Shown here piece by piece: positions 8,079 to 17,191 of a DNA stretch of 64,000 bases; the stretch's first letter is position 1, and each line of letters begins with the position of its first letter. A program made the translations under genes and the position numbers. Source of the DNA: Candidatus Woesearchaeota archaeon. GTDB lineage: Archaea; Nanobdellota; Nanobdellia; Woesearchaeales; GW2011-AR4. The notes beneath the pieces are model-generated. The model had not been told where the DNA came from. It ran no database searches and worked only from the letters and a program-made list of their open reading frames with translations. Location: assembly GCA_016187465.1 (NCBI GenBank), contig JACPJQ010000004.1:104861-168860 (forward strand). Reading direction: 5' to 3'.

Positions 8079-9938
8079 ATGCTCACCGAAGAACTTCAAA
8101 AGGAAATCTATTTCCCTTACTCAAAAATAAGAGACGTGCAAAGCAATATGATTTCTGATGTTTACAGCGCCGTCAGGGAAAGAAAGCACATAATAATGCA
8201 CGCTCCGACAGGCATCGGAAAGACAATAGCGGTCTTGGCGCCTGCTTTGTCGTTTGCGATGAAACACGAACTTACAATCTTCTTCCTGACATCAAGGCAG
8301 ACCCAGCATAAGATAGTCATTGACACGTTAAAGCAGATTAGGCAGAAATTCAACTTGTATTTTGAGACAGTCGACGTCATTGGCAAGAAGTGGATGTGCC
8401 TTCAGAATAGCGTAGAGGCAATGCAGTCCGGATCCTTTCACGAGTACTGCAGGAAATTGCGTGACGAGAAAAACTGCGAATTCTACATGAACACCATTAA
8501 GGAAACAGGAGCAGCCACTGTTGAGGTAAAACTTGCCCTGGAAGAGCTTAAAGTTGCAAGCCCGTGCCATGTGCAGGAATACGTAATAAAAGCCAAGGAG
8601 AAGAGGCTTTGCCCCTACGAGCTTGCGCTGCTTAATTCCCCGAAAGCAAAAGTCGTCGTGGCTGACTATTACTACATGTTCAACGATTCCATAAGGAACG
8701 GCTTTTTGATGAAAATGAGAAAAAAGCTTGAGCAGTGCATTGTGGTTGTTGACGAGGCCCATAACCTGCCCAACAGGCTAAGGGAGCTTATGACGCACAA
8801 AACATCAAGCGTAGCAATAGAGATTGCAAAGAAAGAAGCTGCTAGGTTCGGTTTTGAGACTGTAAACCTCGAGTTTGTTGAGGCTGCTTTGTTCGAGCTG
8901 GCAAAAGAGATTGAGGAAGAAGATGTTGTCTCGAGAAACAGCTTCGTAGACCTGATTGAAAAGTACAAGAAATATGATGAGGTGGTGGCGGAGCTTATTT
9001 TTGCAGGCGAAAACATAAGGGATAAGCAAAAAATAAGCTACCTGCTCAATGTGGGTAAATTCCTTGAGGCTTGGCTCGGTCCCGATAAAGGCTTTGGGAG
9101 GATTCTTTCAAAGGCAATAGACAGGAAAATGAAGATAAGTTTGGTGTACAGGTGCTTAGACCCTTCAATTGCGGCCAAGGAAGTCATTGACAACAGCTAC
9201 TCTACCTTGCTCATGTCAGGCACCTTGACGCCGACATCAATGTACAGGGACTTGCTCGGATACACCCATGTTGTTGAGAGAGAATACAACAGCCCGTTTC
9301 CAAAGAAAAACAGGCTTAACTTGATAATCCCGAAGACGACAACAAGATTTACAGAAAGAACCCACAGGCAATTCGGGGAAATCGCAAAAGTTTGCTCTGA
9401 TATTGCAAATTGCGTTAATGGCAACTGTGCCATGTTCTTCCCAAGCTACGATTTAATGCTGAACATTCACGAGCATTTCAGAAAAATGTGCAGCAGGACT
9501 GTATTTATGGAAAAACAGGTGTCAAAAAAAGAGGAAAAGGAAATGCAGCTTGCATCATTTGTGAAAAATCCTGAATCGGTGCTTATGGCCACCTCAACAG
9601 GCTCTTTTGGAGAGGGCATTGATTTGCCGGGCATACTGAAAGCCGTAATAATTGTGGGATTGCCTTTGAACAAGCCGGATGTTGAAGCAAGACTGCTCAT
9701 CCAGTATTATGGTGACAAGTACAGCAAGGGCATGGAATATGGCTACATCCTGCCTGCAATCACAAAATGCGTGCAGAATGCCGGAAGATGCATAAGGTCA
9801 GAGACAGATAAAGGCGCTATAATCTTCCTTGACGAAAGGTATGCTTCGCCTGTATATCACGAATGCTTCCCCGAAGAATGGGATATGGAAGTGAGTTTGG
9901 ATTATTTGAGAGAGTTGAAGGGGTTTTTTGGGAGATAA
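8079..9938 (+). CDS. XPD/Rad3-family FeS DNA helicase
   Basis: Walker A HAPTGIGKT, DEAH box VVVDEAHNL, four-Cys FeS insertion (C-x..C-x..C-x..C between helicase motifs). Confidence 0.85.
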   Translation: MLTEELQKEIYFPYSKIRDVQSNMISDVYSAVRERKHIIMHAPTGIGKTIAVLAPALSFAMKHELTIFFLTSRQTQHKIVIDTLKQIRQKFNLYFETVDVIGKKWMCLQNSVEAMQSGSFHEYCRKLRDEKNCEFYMNTIKETGAATVEVKLALEELKVASPCHVQEYVIKAKEKRLCPYELALLNSPKAKVVVADYYYMFNDSIRNGFLMKMRKKLEQCIVVVDEAHNLPNRLRELMTHKTSSVAIEIAKKEAARFGFETVNLEFVEAALFELAKEIEEEDVVSRNSFVDLIEKYKKYDEVVAELIFAGENIRDKQKISYLLNVGKFLEAWLGPDKGFGRILSKAIDRKMKISLVYRCLDPSIAAKEVIDNSYSTLLMSGTLTPTSMYRDLLGYTHVVEREYNSPFPKKNRLNLIIPKTTTRFTERTHRQFGEIAKVCSDIANCVNGNCAMFFPSYDLMLNIHEHFRKMCSRTVFMEKQVSKKEEKEMQLASFVKNPESVLMATSTGSFGEGIDLPGILKAVIIVGLPLNKPDVEARLLIQYYGDKYSKGMEYGYILPAITKCVQNAGRCIRSETDKGAIIFLDERYASPVYHECFPEEWDMEVSLDYLRELKGFFGR

Positions 9939-10192
9939 ATGATAAATGGAAAGTTTATTATAATTATTAAGTGAATATTTAATAACAATGCGAAACAAAC
10001 CAGTAAAAGTTAAAGATATTTTTGGAAAGCTTAAATTAGAGAAGAGTGCAAAAGAGATAATGAAGGAAGTTGATGAGGAATTAGATAGCAAATTTTTTGA
10101 CGATTGAATTTTGATAATGTGAAGTTTGTTAAATGAGATTTGTTAAAAATATGGTTGTTCTTTACTTTAGCCCTCTTGTTCTATAAATATCT

Positions 10193-10465
10193 TCAAATAT
10201 CTTCAACAACAGACAGAGGAACTCCCAAAACTCCCCAGTGTAGATACTCCTTAGGTGAACACTCACATATAGAGGCATAATGCCCATTTCTGCAGTATTT
10301 CATTAATTCTTGATTAACAATAATAGTTAATTGTCTCAAACCATTAGAGTCAATAATAGAAAATCTTCCGCTTAACATACTTTTAATTAGTTCTGTTATT
10401 TCATTAGGTATAGTTATTCCTTGCGCAACTTGATTTTTATCCTGCAAATCTGTTTGAGTTACCAT
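10193..10465 (-). CDS. hypothetical protein
   Basis: 90-aa ORF. Confidence 0.3.
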   Translation of the reverse strand: MVTQTDLQDKNQVAQGITIPNEITELIKSMLSGRFSIIDSNGLRQLTIIVNQELMKYCRNGHYASICECSPKEYLHWGVLGVPLSVVEDI

Positions 10466-10596
10466 TTTAATAAAGTAATGAGAGGAGGCTTATAAATTTT
10501 TCATTTTTTAACATCTATTCGATAATCAATATACCTTTCTCTATACTAGTATCTAAAATCGAAATATTTATATACTTGTTATGCTTATCCCATTAA

Positions 10597-11007
10597 ATGG
10601 TTATTTTGTTCGACAGGTTTAATCTGCCTGAGGACATATATGAGGTTGTTTTTGCGACAAAGCAGCAGATAATTGTTGCTAAATTGCTAATAGAGATGAT
10701 GAAAGACAATGGCGGAGAGATTGGCAAAACAGAGATGTCTTTGTTCGCAACCAAGCTTCATGACGGTAATTTAATAACAGATTTGATAGAGGAACCTCCG
10801 TACAAGGGCAAGAAAGTCAAGGTAAGCTACAATAAAAGGCAGTTTTACGACAGGATATTGACCCCCATGAAAAGCATGGGCATAATTGATTACGATCTTT
10901 ACAAAAAAACATACAGGATAAGCGACAAGTTAAACAAGGACTTGCAGCACATCGGCCTGATGTGGATAAGGGAGATGCGTAAGCCGCCAAAATCATTGGT
11001 GAGATAA
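10597..11007 (+). CDS. hypothetical protein
   Basis: 136-aa ORF, divergent from 10193..10465. Confidence 0.3.
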   Translation: MVILFDRFNLPEDIYEVVFATKQQIIVAKLLIEMMKDNGGEIGKTEMSLFATKLHDGNLITDLIEEPPYKGKKVKVSYNKRQFYDRILTPMKSMGIIDYDLYKKTYRISDKLNKDLQHIGLMWIREMRKPPKSLVR

Positions 11008-11172
11008 GTTCAATATAAAAATTCAAAAATCAAATAAATCAAAAAAAGAGGTCATCAAACAAAAAATTAAGCTCTTCAATTTGGCCCCCCGAAACTTTTT
11101 CTTTTCAAACCACCCCCACGTATTAAAGAATACGGGGGCCAAACCCTTTTAAAAAAGAGGTGATCATAGGGT

Positions 11173-11439
11173 ATGACTCAAGAATATCTTATCAGCTGGG
11201 GAAAACACGCATTTGAAAAGGGATTATCTTTATCACACATAGAAGATTACTTTCTAAAAAGGGGAATGAAGCAAAGCGAGGCGCTAAAAGCACTGCATGA
11301 GATAACTGCTTTTGAGCATAAAATTCATCAGGAAGCTGAAGACATAAGAAAGGATCTGATAAGCATACCTCTTTTGTTTTTGCTGATCTTAAGCGGAATC
11401 ATATTCCTTTACCTTACAGGCGTGATTAGGGTGAAGTAA
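11173..11439 (+). CDS. small membrane-anchored protein, paralog A
   Basis: N-terminal domain similar to the adjacent 11441..11791 product; C-terminal TM helix. Confidence 0.4.
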   Translation: MTQEYLISWGKHAFEKGLSLSHIEDYFLKRGMKQSEALKALHEITAFEHKIHQEAEDIRKDLISIPLLFLLILSGIIFLYLTGVIRVK

Positions 11440-11440
11440 A

Positions 11441-11791
11441 ATGAAGATGGATCTGTCACATAAAGACCTTGTCAAATTAGGAGTTCATGAATCAAAGCAA
11501 GGTCATTCTTTGAATGAGATAGAAGCCGATTTTTCAAAAAAAGGAATCAGCAGAAAAGAGACTATCAAAGCCCTGAAGGAAGTGGAATACCACAATAAAA
11601 GAGACGAAGCGCTAAAAGCCAAAGAAACAGCGTCTAAAAAGCTTCAGGATAAAACAGCTGGTGACGCTAAATCAAATACAGAAAATGCGCAATCTGCAGA
11701 AAAAAAATCATCATTTTGGGTTTACCTCCTTGTATTCTTGGTATTGGCGGCATTAGCAATATTTTACTATAGCTACAATAACAAATTTTAA
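11441..11791 (+). CDS. small membrane-anchored protein, paralog B
   Basis: shares GxSLxxIExxFxKxGxxxxExxKALxE N-terminal module with 11173..11439; Lys-rich linker and C-terminal TM. Confidence 0.4.
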   Translation: MKMDLSHKDLVKLGVHESKQGHSLNEIEADFSKKGISRKETIKALKEVEYHNKRDEALKAKETASKKLQDKTAGDAKSNTENAQSAEKKSSFWVYLLVFLVLAALAIFYYSYNNKF

Positions 11792-11816
11792 ATAAACATT
11801 TTCTCTGCTTTTTGCT

Positions 11817-12470
11817 GTGTTTGACTTCACGAAGCTAAAAGAGGAGCAGCTGAAGCTGGCAAAAAAGGTTGTTTTGAAGGATTCCTTTGATAAGCTTGAG
11901 CTGATTGGCGGTGCAGACTGTGCATACAACCAAGACAGGGTAATATCTGCAATTGCAGTCTGCGATTACAAAACAATGGAATTAAAAGAAAAAGTTTTTG
12001 CCGTTTCAAAGGCAAAAGTTCCCTACTTTTCTGGATTTCTCGCTTACAGGGAAGGGCCTGCAATATCGGAAGCGTATGCAAAGCTGCAGCACAAGCCAGA
12101 TGTTATGATATTTGACGGCAACGGCATACTGCACCCAAGAAGATGCGGCTTGGCATCTCATTTAGGCATATTGCTTGAGCAGGCTTCAATCGGGATTGCA
12201 AAACAGCTTCTCGTTGGAGAAGTTAAAGGCAATAAAGTTTATGTTGAAAAAGAGGCAAGAGCAGAACTAGTTGTTACAAGAGAGCACGCAAAGCCAATCT
12301 ATGTCAGTCCAAGACACAAGATTAGCCTTAAAACAAGCGTTGAGATTGTTAAGAACTGCATGAGGTTTCCCCACAAGCTTCCGGAGCCCCTGCACTTGGC
12401 TCATAAGTATGCAAATGAGATAAAGGAAAGGATTGCTAAAGGGGAGTTAAGCGAGGAGGTTAAACTATAA
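11817..12470 (+). CDS. nfi: endonuclease V
   Basis: GGADCAY, FSGFLAYREGP, IFDGNGILHPRRCGLASHLG motifs with the catalytic Asp/Glu/His. Confidence 0.85.
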   Translation: MFDFTKLKEEQLKLAKKVVLKDSFDKLELIGGADCAYNQDRVISAIAVCDYKTMELKEKVFAVSKAKVPYFSGFLAYREGPAISEAYAKLQHKPDVMIFDGNGILHPRRCGLASHLGILLEQASIGIAKQLLVGEVKGNKVYVEKEARAELVVTREHAKPIYVSPRHKISLKTSVEIVKNCMRFPHKLPEPLHLAHKYANEIKERIAKGELSEEVKL

Positions 12471-12780
12471 TCCGGCACCCGTTAAAACTAAAGCGAGCAC
12501 TGCATAGATAAATTTTTAATGCTTTTAAAAATACTTTCCTTATGGGTATCTATTATCTAAATGAGAAACGACAGAAGGCGTTATCCATGACCTATGGTCA
12601 TTTTTTGGGCGGCGGATGCGGCCGCAGTGATGGAACACAAATTGTGCGGGTCTATGGTAAGGAGATACTTACTAAAAGTGAAAGAGTTGAAGTCATAGAA
12701 TTAATGAAAAAAGAAGAATATGCCAGACAATATTATTTTTATTGTTTACATCTTGAAGATTTGGTAATCTGATATGCATT

Positions 12781-12852
12781 GGGCCCATGGTCTAGTGGCT
12801 AGGACACAACCTTCACAGGGTTGGGGCAGGAGTTCAATTCTTCTTGGGCCCA
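12781..12852 (+). tRNA. tRNA-Val (anticodon CAC), no intron, CCA not encoded
   Basis: 7-bp acceptor GGGCCCA/TGGGCCC, D-stem gtct/ggac, anticodon stem caacc/ggttg, loop ttCACag, T-stem aggag/cttct with TTCAATT loop. Confidence 0.85.
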
Positions 12853-12865
12853 TTAAAAATAAGAA

Positions 12866-13336
12866 TTACTTAAATTGTTTTTCCATACTATACACTGCCA
12901 ATTTCTGATTTTTTATTGGGAATTTAGTTTTCCTTATGAGTTTATACCCGTGCTTTTTGTAGAAGCCCTTGGCAGTTATTGTAGAACTCAAAAATAATTT
13001 TTTGATGCCTTTTTGGCGAGCAGATTTCTCTATCTTTTTCAGCAAAGAATAACCAACACCTTTCCTTTGATAGCCCTTATGAACATAAAGTCCTGCAAGT
13101 TCACCATCTTTTTTAAAGTCCCCATAGCCGACTATTTTGCCGTTATGTATGGCAAGAAAACGATAAAACATATTCAAGGAATCTCTAAATCTTTTAGCTG
13201 ATGTCCTACCAGCCCAAACCTTTATTTGACGAGAAGGATAGTCTTTGCTGTTCACAAATTTAATAGTATTGCGATGCATTCTTGCCACTTCAACTGCATC
13301 AGAGGCTCTGAATTTTCTTACATACATAAAAATCAT
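12866..13336 (-). CDS. GNAT-family N-acetyltransferase
   Basis: YVHKGYQRKGVGYSLL acetyl-CoA-binding motif. Confidence 0.8.
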   Translation of the reverse strand: MIFMYVRKFRASDAVEVARMHRNTIKFVNSKDYPSRQIKVWAGRTSAKRFRDSLNMFYRFLAIHNGKIVGYGDFKKDGELAGLYVHKGYQRKGVGYSLLKKIEKSARQKGIKKLFLSSTITAKGFYKKHGYKLIRKTKFPIKNQKLAVYSMEKQFK

Positions 13337-13339
13337 TTC

Positions 13340-13588
13340 TCATATTTGATTTTTAGGATTAATTGGGATATAACAATTGCCCCAAAAATAACATTCATTA
13401 TTGCAACTGGTCTGCTTCCAATCAGAAATCCATAAACAATTCAGAACATTGTGCCAAGCAAAGTCGCAACAATCATCCAAATTGAAATATCCTTCACGTT
13501 TTTTGTTTTTGTATGATTTAATAACTTGAGGAACAAAGCTAACCATTATAAAAATCCCGCCCAGATAGCCAATAACGTCTTGAAGCAT
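13340..13588 (-). pseudogene. SemiSWEET/PQ-loop-like transporter gene disrupted by a frameshift in an A-run and an in-frame TGA at the conserved Trp position
   Basis: N-terminus FVPQVIKSYKNKK (PQ motif) in one frame; continuation KDISIWMIVATLLGTMF*IVYGFLIG... in the +1 frame. Confidence 0.45.
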
Positions 13589-13633
13589 TATTATTGCATA
13601 AACCTGCCCAAAATATAAATGTTTTTATAGAAT

Positions 13634-13942
13634 TTAATAATTTATCCCCAAAGCAATCTTCGCCTCTTCTGTCATCTTGTCAGGCCCCCACACCGGAGTG
13701 AATGTCAACTCAATTAAAACTTCCCCAACTCCGTCAATTGCAGAAACCTGCCTCCTAATGTCATCCATGAGCTGAGGGCCGTAAGGGCACATGGGTGTTG
13801 TAAAGGTCATCAAAATCTTTACTTTATTTCCCGCAATTTCAATATTATATATCAATCCAAGGCTGTAGACATCATATTGTATCTCGGGGTCATAAACCTT
13901 CTTTAAAACCTCTATGACTTGCTCTTTCTCAACCATAGGCAT
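13634..13942 (-). CDS. DUF59/MIP18-family FeS-cluster assembly protein
   Basis: DPEI...LGLIY...MTFTTPMCPYGP...TFTPVWGP pattern. Confidence 0.8.
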   Translation of the reverse strand: MPMVEKEQVIEVLKKVYDPEIQYDVYSLGLIYNIEIAGNKVKILMTFTTPMCPYGPQLMDDIRRQVSAIDGVGEVLIELTFTPVWGPDKMTEEAKIALGINY

Positions 13943-14041
13943 GGCAATCTTTTAATTCTATAAAAATGTTTTTATGAAATATGCATTAAAACACGAAAAC
14001 ATTAAAAAAGTTTAAGTATCCATCCATCTTTAACCTAAAAT

Positions 14042-14683
14042 ATGGTCCAAAAAATAGAGCTTTTAAAATTCTGGAATGAGAATTTTGGATTTAAGAATAT
14101 AGAATTAAAGGCATTTCAGGAAGTTAAGAGGGAAGATTTTATACTGCAGGAGCTCAAAGACTCAGCATACCAAGATACCCCCTTGCCTTTGCTTAGGGGC
14201 AAGACAATCTCGCAGCCAACCACGGTTATGCTCATGACCCATGCCCTTGAGCTGAAGAAGGGCGAAAAGGTTTTTGAGGTAGGCACGGGTTCAGGTTACC
14301 AGGCTGCCATAATTGCAAAAATAATTGGGCATAAAGGAAGAGTCATAACAACAGAAGTTGTTCCTGAGCTTGTCAGCTTCGCGAAACAAAATTTGAAAAA
14401 AGCAAAAATAAGCAATGTTTTTGTTTATGAAGAGGACGGCTCAAATGGGATGCCGAGCGAGGCTCCTTTTGACAAAATCATTATAACAGCGGCTTGCAAG
14501 GAATTTCCAAAGCCATTACTGGAGCAGCTTAAGCCCGAAGGAATGGTAGTTGGACCGGTAGGCAATGAGTACGAGCAGGAGATGGTGAGGGGTGTAAAGG
14601 ATAAAAACGGGCATCTCGAGTTGGAGTTCTTAGGTCAATTTTTATTTACTCCGATGTATGGAAAATACGGATTTGAGGTTTAG
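14042..14683 (+). CDS. pcm: protein-L-isoaspartate O-methyltransferase
   Basis: TISQP...VFEVGTGSGYQAA SAM-binding motif and overall PIMT colinearity. Confidence 0.9.
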   Translation: MVQKIELLKFWNENFGFKNIELKAFQEVKREDFILQELKDSAYQDTPLPLLRGKTISQPTTVMLMTHALELKKGEKVFEVGTGSGYQAAIIAKIIGHKGRVITTEVVPELVSFAKQNLKKAKISNVFVYEEDGSNGMPSEAPFDKIIITAACKEFPKPLLEQLKPEGMVVGPVGNEYEQEMVRGVKDKNGHLELEFLGQFLFTPMYGKYGFEV

Positions 14684-14701
14684 TTAATCTTAAATATAAG
14701 T

Positions 14702-17152
14702 ATGCAAAAGAGATTAAAAAAGGTGATCAAAGTCAGGAAATCTCTGTCTTTATTGATAATTGTTTTGATGATTCTTAGTAATCTTGTTTTTGCGCAGTAT
14801 CCTGGCTCATATGAAGGCAAGCCAATAGAAAGCTCAGGCGAAGGTTCTGAATACTATTACGAAGGCGATGTTGTCGTTTACCCATCTAAAGGTCCAGGCT
14901 CTAAAGAAGAGCAGATGATGGAGCGCTTTATGAAGGGCAACATCGGGGAAGATGAAATGCGCGCGATGGCAAAGGCCAAGCAAGGTGACAGATTTAACGA
15001 AATGGAGTTTCAGAAAGGAATGCTGGAACTTAAGGGGAGGATGCAAAGAAAAGAGGCGTTTTCTTATGAAAATGAAGCCTTTCAGGGTAAACATGACATA
15101 GGCCCTTCATACGAAGGCTATTCCAAAGAGCAGATGGTGTTTGGCATGATTTTTGAGCATATTGGCGGTGATATTGACCCAAGGGAGATAAAGCAGTACT
15201 GCAATGAACCAGACAAAATTGCTGATATGTTAATAACTAAATTAAGAGAAAAGGTGGGCGACTTGCAGAATATCTGCAGCAGGGCTGAAGAGAATGAAGC
15301 AAGATGCGCTGAAATGGCAAAGAAGGGCTGCTCACAAATAGGAATTCCTTTTGTCAGGGAAGATGCAACTGAAATGGAGAAGATACAGTCAGTGGCATAC
15401 TCATGCCCGGTAAATAAGGACGCGATAGTCCAGGCTTGCAAGCTAAGGGCTAAGTTTAATATGGAGCAGAGAATTCAGCATGTTGCGGAATCATGCGAAA
15501 AAAGATTTGATTTAGAAGGAGACTGGTTAGTCAGGGAATGTGAAAAATTTAAGCAATACCAGACTTGCGACAGGGAAAGATTCATGAGTCAGTGCATGGG
15601 CGGGATTAAAAAAGAAAATTTTGAAAAGCCATGCCCAGAATATCCCATCCCTTCCTGCGGTGAAAATCAAAAGCTTAGGGATAAAAAAGACGCAAGAGGG
15701 TGTACTCTCTATTATTGTGAAACCATTGCAGCGAATGAGTGTCCTACTGCTTCTGCTCCCCAATGCGCCGAAGGATCTGCATTGCAAAAGAAAGTTGATG
15801 ATAAAGGCTGCGTTTACTATTACTGCTCAGAGCCAAAATGCCCTGAAGTTTCAAAGCCAATGTGCAATAATGATGAAAGATTGGAAGCTTATTTTGATAA
15901 TGCAGGATGTGCGGCAAGCTACCAATGCATAAAACGGCAAACATGCCCGGAAGTTGCAAAGCCAACTTGCGGTGAAGGCGCGAGCTTAACAACAAAATAT
16001 GACGATAAAGGCTGCATTGTGGGCTACGAGTGCATAAGCATAACAACAAATGAGTCACTTACCTCAATTACGGGCGGCGCTGTGTTAAACACTTACAATG
16101 ACTTCATGATGCACTGCGAGAATTCCTGGAAAGAGCAGGAAAGGATTTGCTCAAATATGGAAGGCAGATGCGACCAGAGCGCGTTTATCGAGAGGTGCAA
16201 GCAGCAGGAAAAGAAAAATTATGATGATTTTGTGTCAAAAATTGACCGGCATTGCGAAACTGAGACAGCATCTCAAATAAGCGCTGCTGAGCAAAGATGC
16301 AGCAGGCTGGGTGAAGAGAGGCAGCGCTGCCTAGAGCAAAGCACAAAAAGATGCGAGCAAATGAAGGGAATTGCGCAGCAATGCAAGGATTTATTGACGG
16401 AAGAAAACTTAAGGAGATTCATAGTGGAGGAGGCAAAGAAAAGGTGCAAGTTCAGCAATATAATCCAAGATGAAGAGGGTGTAAGAAAGGCAGACAAGGT
16501 GGAGATTATTCTGGCGGTTTTAAACACGGCAACTGAAGATGACCTGCAAAAATTAGGGCTTTTTGTTGACGGCTTTCATGAAGAATTAAAACTTCAGGAC
16601 ACAACTGTTTACAAAGGCACTATTGATCCAAACAGGTTTGGCGATGTTAAACTATTGCCGTTTGTGGTAAATGCAAAGATAAGCCCTGTTGCGGGCTCTG
16701 AAAGGTCAAAAGAGGTCAAAACAAAAATCATCGCAAGGCAAAGAGTGGAAGAATCTGCAGGCAAGCTTGCTTCATTAAGGGATTCTGATTTGTCCGACGA
16801 ATACATTTACATTATTGAGGATAAAGCAAGCGACGTTCTTAATGTCTCAGATAGCCTGGAAGACATAGAAAAAAAAGAAGAACAGAAGGGGATTGGCTAT
16901 AAAATAAGATTGTTCTTGGGCTTGGCAAAGAAGGCTGAGCAGATGGAAATCAGCCAATTAACCGACGGCAAAGAAAAATTAAAAAATTCAATTGAAGCAT
17001 TAACAAGCCTTATTGAGGAAGTGCCAAGCGATATTGCAAAAGCTGTCTTGAAAGAACAAGTTGAAAACTTGAAGAAACAGCAGGAAGACATAGAAGTTCT
17101 AATTGAGGTCAAAGAAAAGAAGGCAAAGGGCTTGTTTGGTATATTTGGATAA
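14702..17152 (+). CDS. large secreted Cys-rich protein with four tandem ~32-aa CPx4PxC...GCxxxYxC modules and a C-terminal coiled-coil region
   Basis: N-terminal signal/anchor; repeated module between 15632 and 16033; many additional Cys pairs. Confidence 0.6.
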   Translation: MQKRLKKVIKVRKSLSLLIIVLMILSNLVFAQYPGSYEGKPIESSGEGSEYYYEGDVVVYPSKGPGSKEEQMMERFMKGNIGEDEMRAMAKAKQGDRFNEMEFQKGMLELKGRMQRKEAFSYENEAFQGKHDIGPSYEGYSKEQMVFGMIFEHIGGDIDPREIKQYCNEPDKIADMLITKLREKVGDLQNICSRAEENEARCAEMAKKGCSQIGIPFVREDATEMEKIQSVAYSCPVNKDAIVQACKLRAKFNMEQRIQHVAESCEKRFDLEGDWLVRECEKFKQYQTCDRERFMSQCMGGIKKENFEKPCPEYPIPSCGENQKLRDKKDARGCTLYYCETIAANECPTASAPQCAEGSALQKKVDDKGCVYYYCSEPKCPEVSKPMCNNDERLEAYFDNAGCAASYQCIKRQTCPEVAKPTCGEGASLTTKYDDKGCIVGYECISITTNESLTSITGGAVLNTYNDFMMHCENSWKEQERICSNMEGRCDQSAFIERCKQQEKKNYDDFVSKIDRHCETETASQISAAEQRCSRLGEERQRCLEQSTKRCEQMKGIAQQCKDLLTEENLRRFIVEEAKKRCKFSNIIQDEEGVRKADKVEIILAVLNTATEDDLQKLGLFVDGFHEELKLQDTTVYKGTIDPNRFGDVKLLPFVVNAKISPVAGSERSKEVKTKIIARQRVEESAGKLASLRDSDLSDEYIYIIEDKASDVLNVSDSLEDIEKKEEQKGIGYKIRLFLGLAKKAEQMEISQLTDGKEKLKNSIEALTSLIEEVPSDIAKAVLKEQVENLKKQQEDIEVLIEVKEKKAKGLFGIFG
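15632..16033 (+). repeat. 4x tandem in-frame repeat encoding Cys-rich modules inside 14702..17152
   Basis: CPEYPIPSC..GCTLYYC / CPTASAPQC..GCVYYYC / CPEVSKPMC..GCAASYQC / CPEVAKPTC..GCIVGYEC. Confidence 0.6.
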
Positions 17153-17191
17153 GCTACAATCTACAACCATTATTGGGTGTCTCAGGTTAAA

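Noticed and set aside
8162-9700. Several antisense ORFs (74-144 aa) inside the XPD helicase gene
   Set aside because: Shadow ORFs on the opposite strand of a well-supported gene.
12542-12772. 76-aa ORF just upstream of tRNA-Val
   Set aside because: No family, odd composition (GGGCGRSDG), abuts the tRNA; likely non-coding.
13340-13588. UGA-as-Trp recoding to explain the TGA at the conserved Trp of the SemiSWEET-like gene
   Set aside because: TGA terminates clearly complete genes elsewhere in the window (e.g. copA); there is also a frameshift, so pseudogene is the simpler explanation.
14834-17112. Antisense ORFs inside the 816-aa Cys-rich protein gene
   Set aside because: Shadow ORFs; the sense frame has coherent repeat structure.
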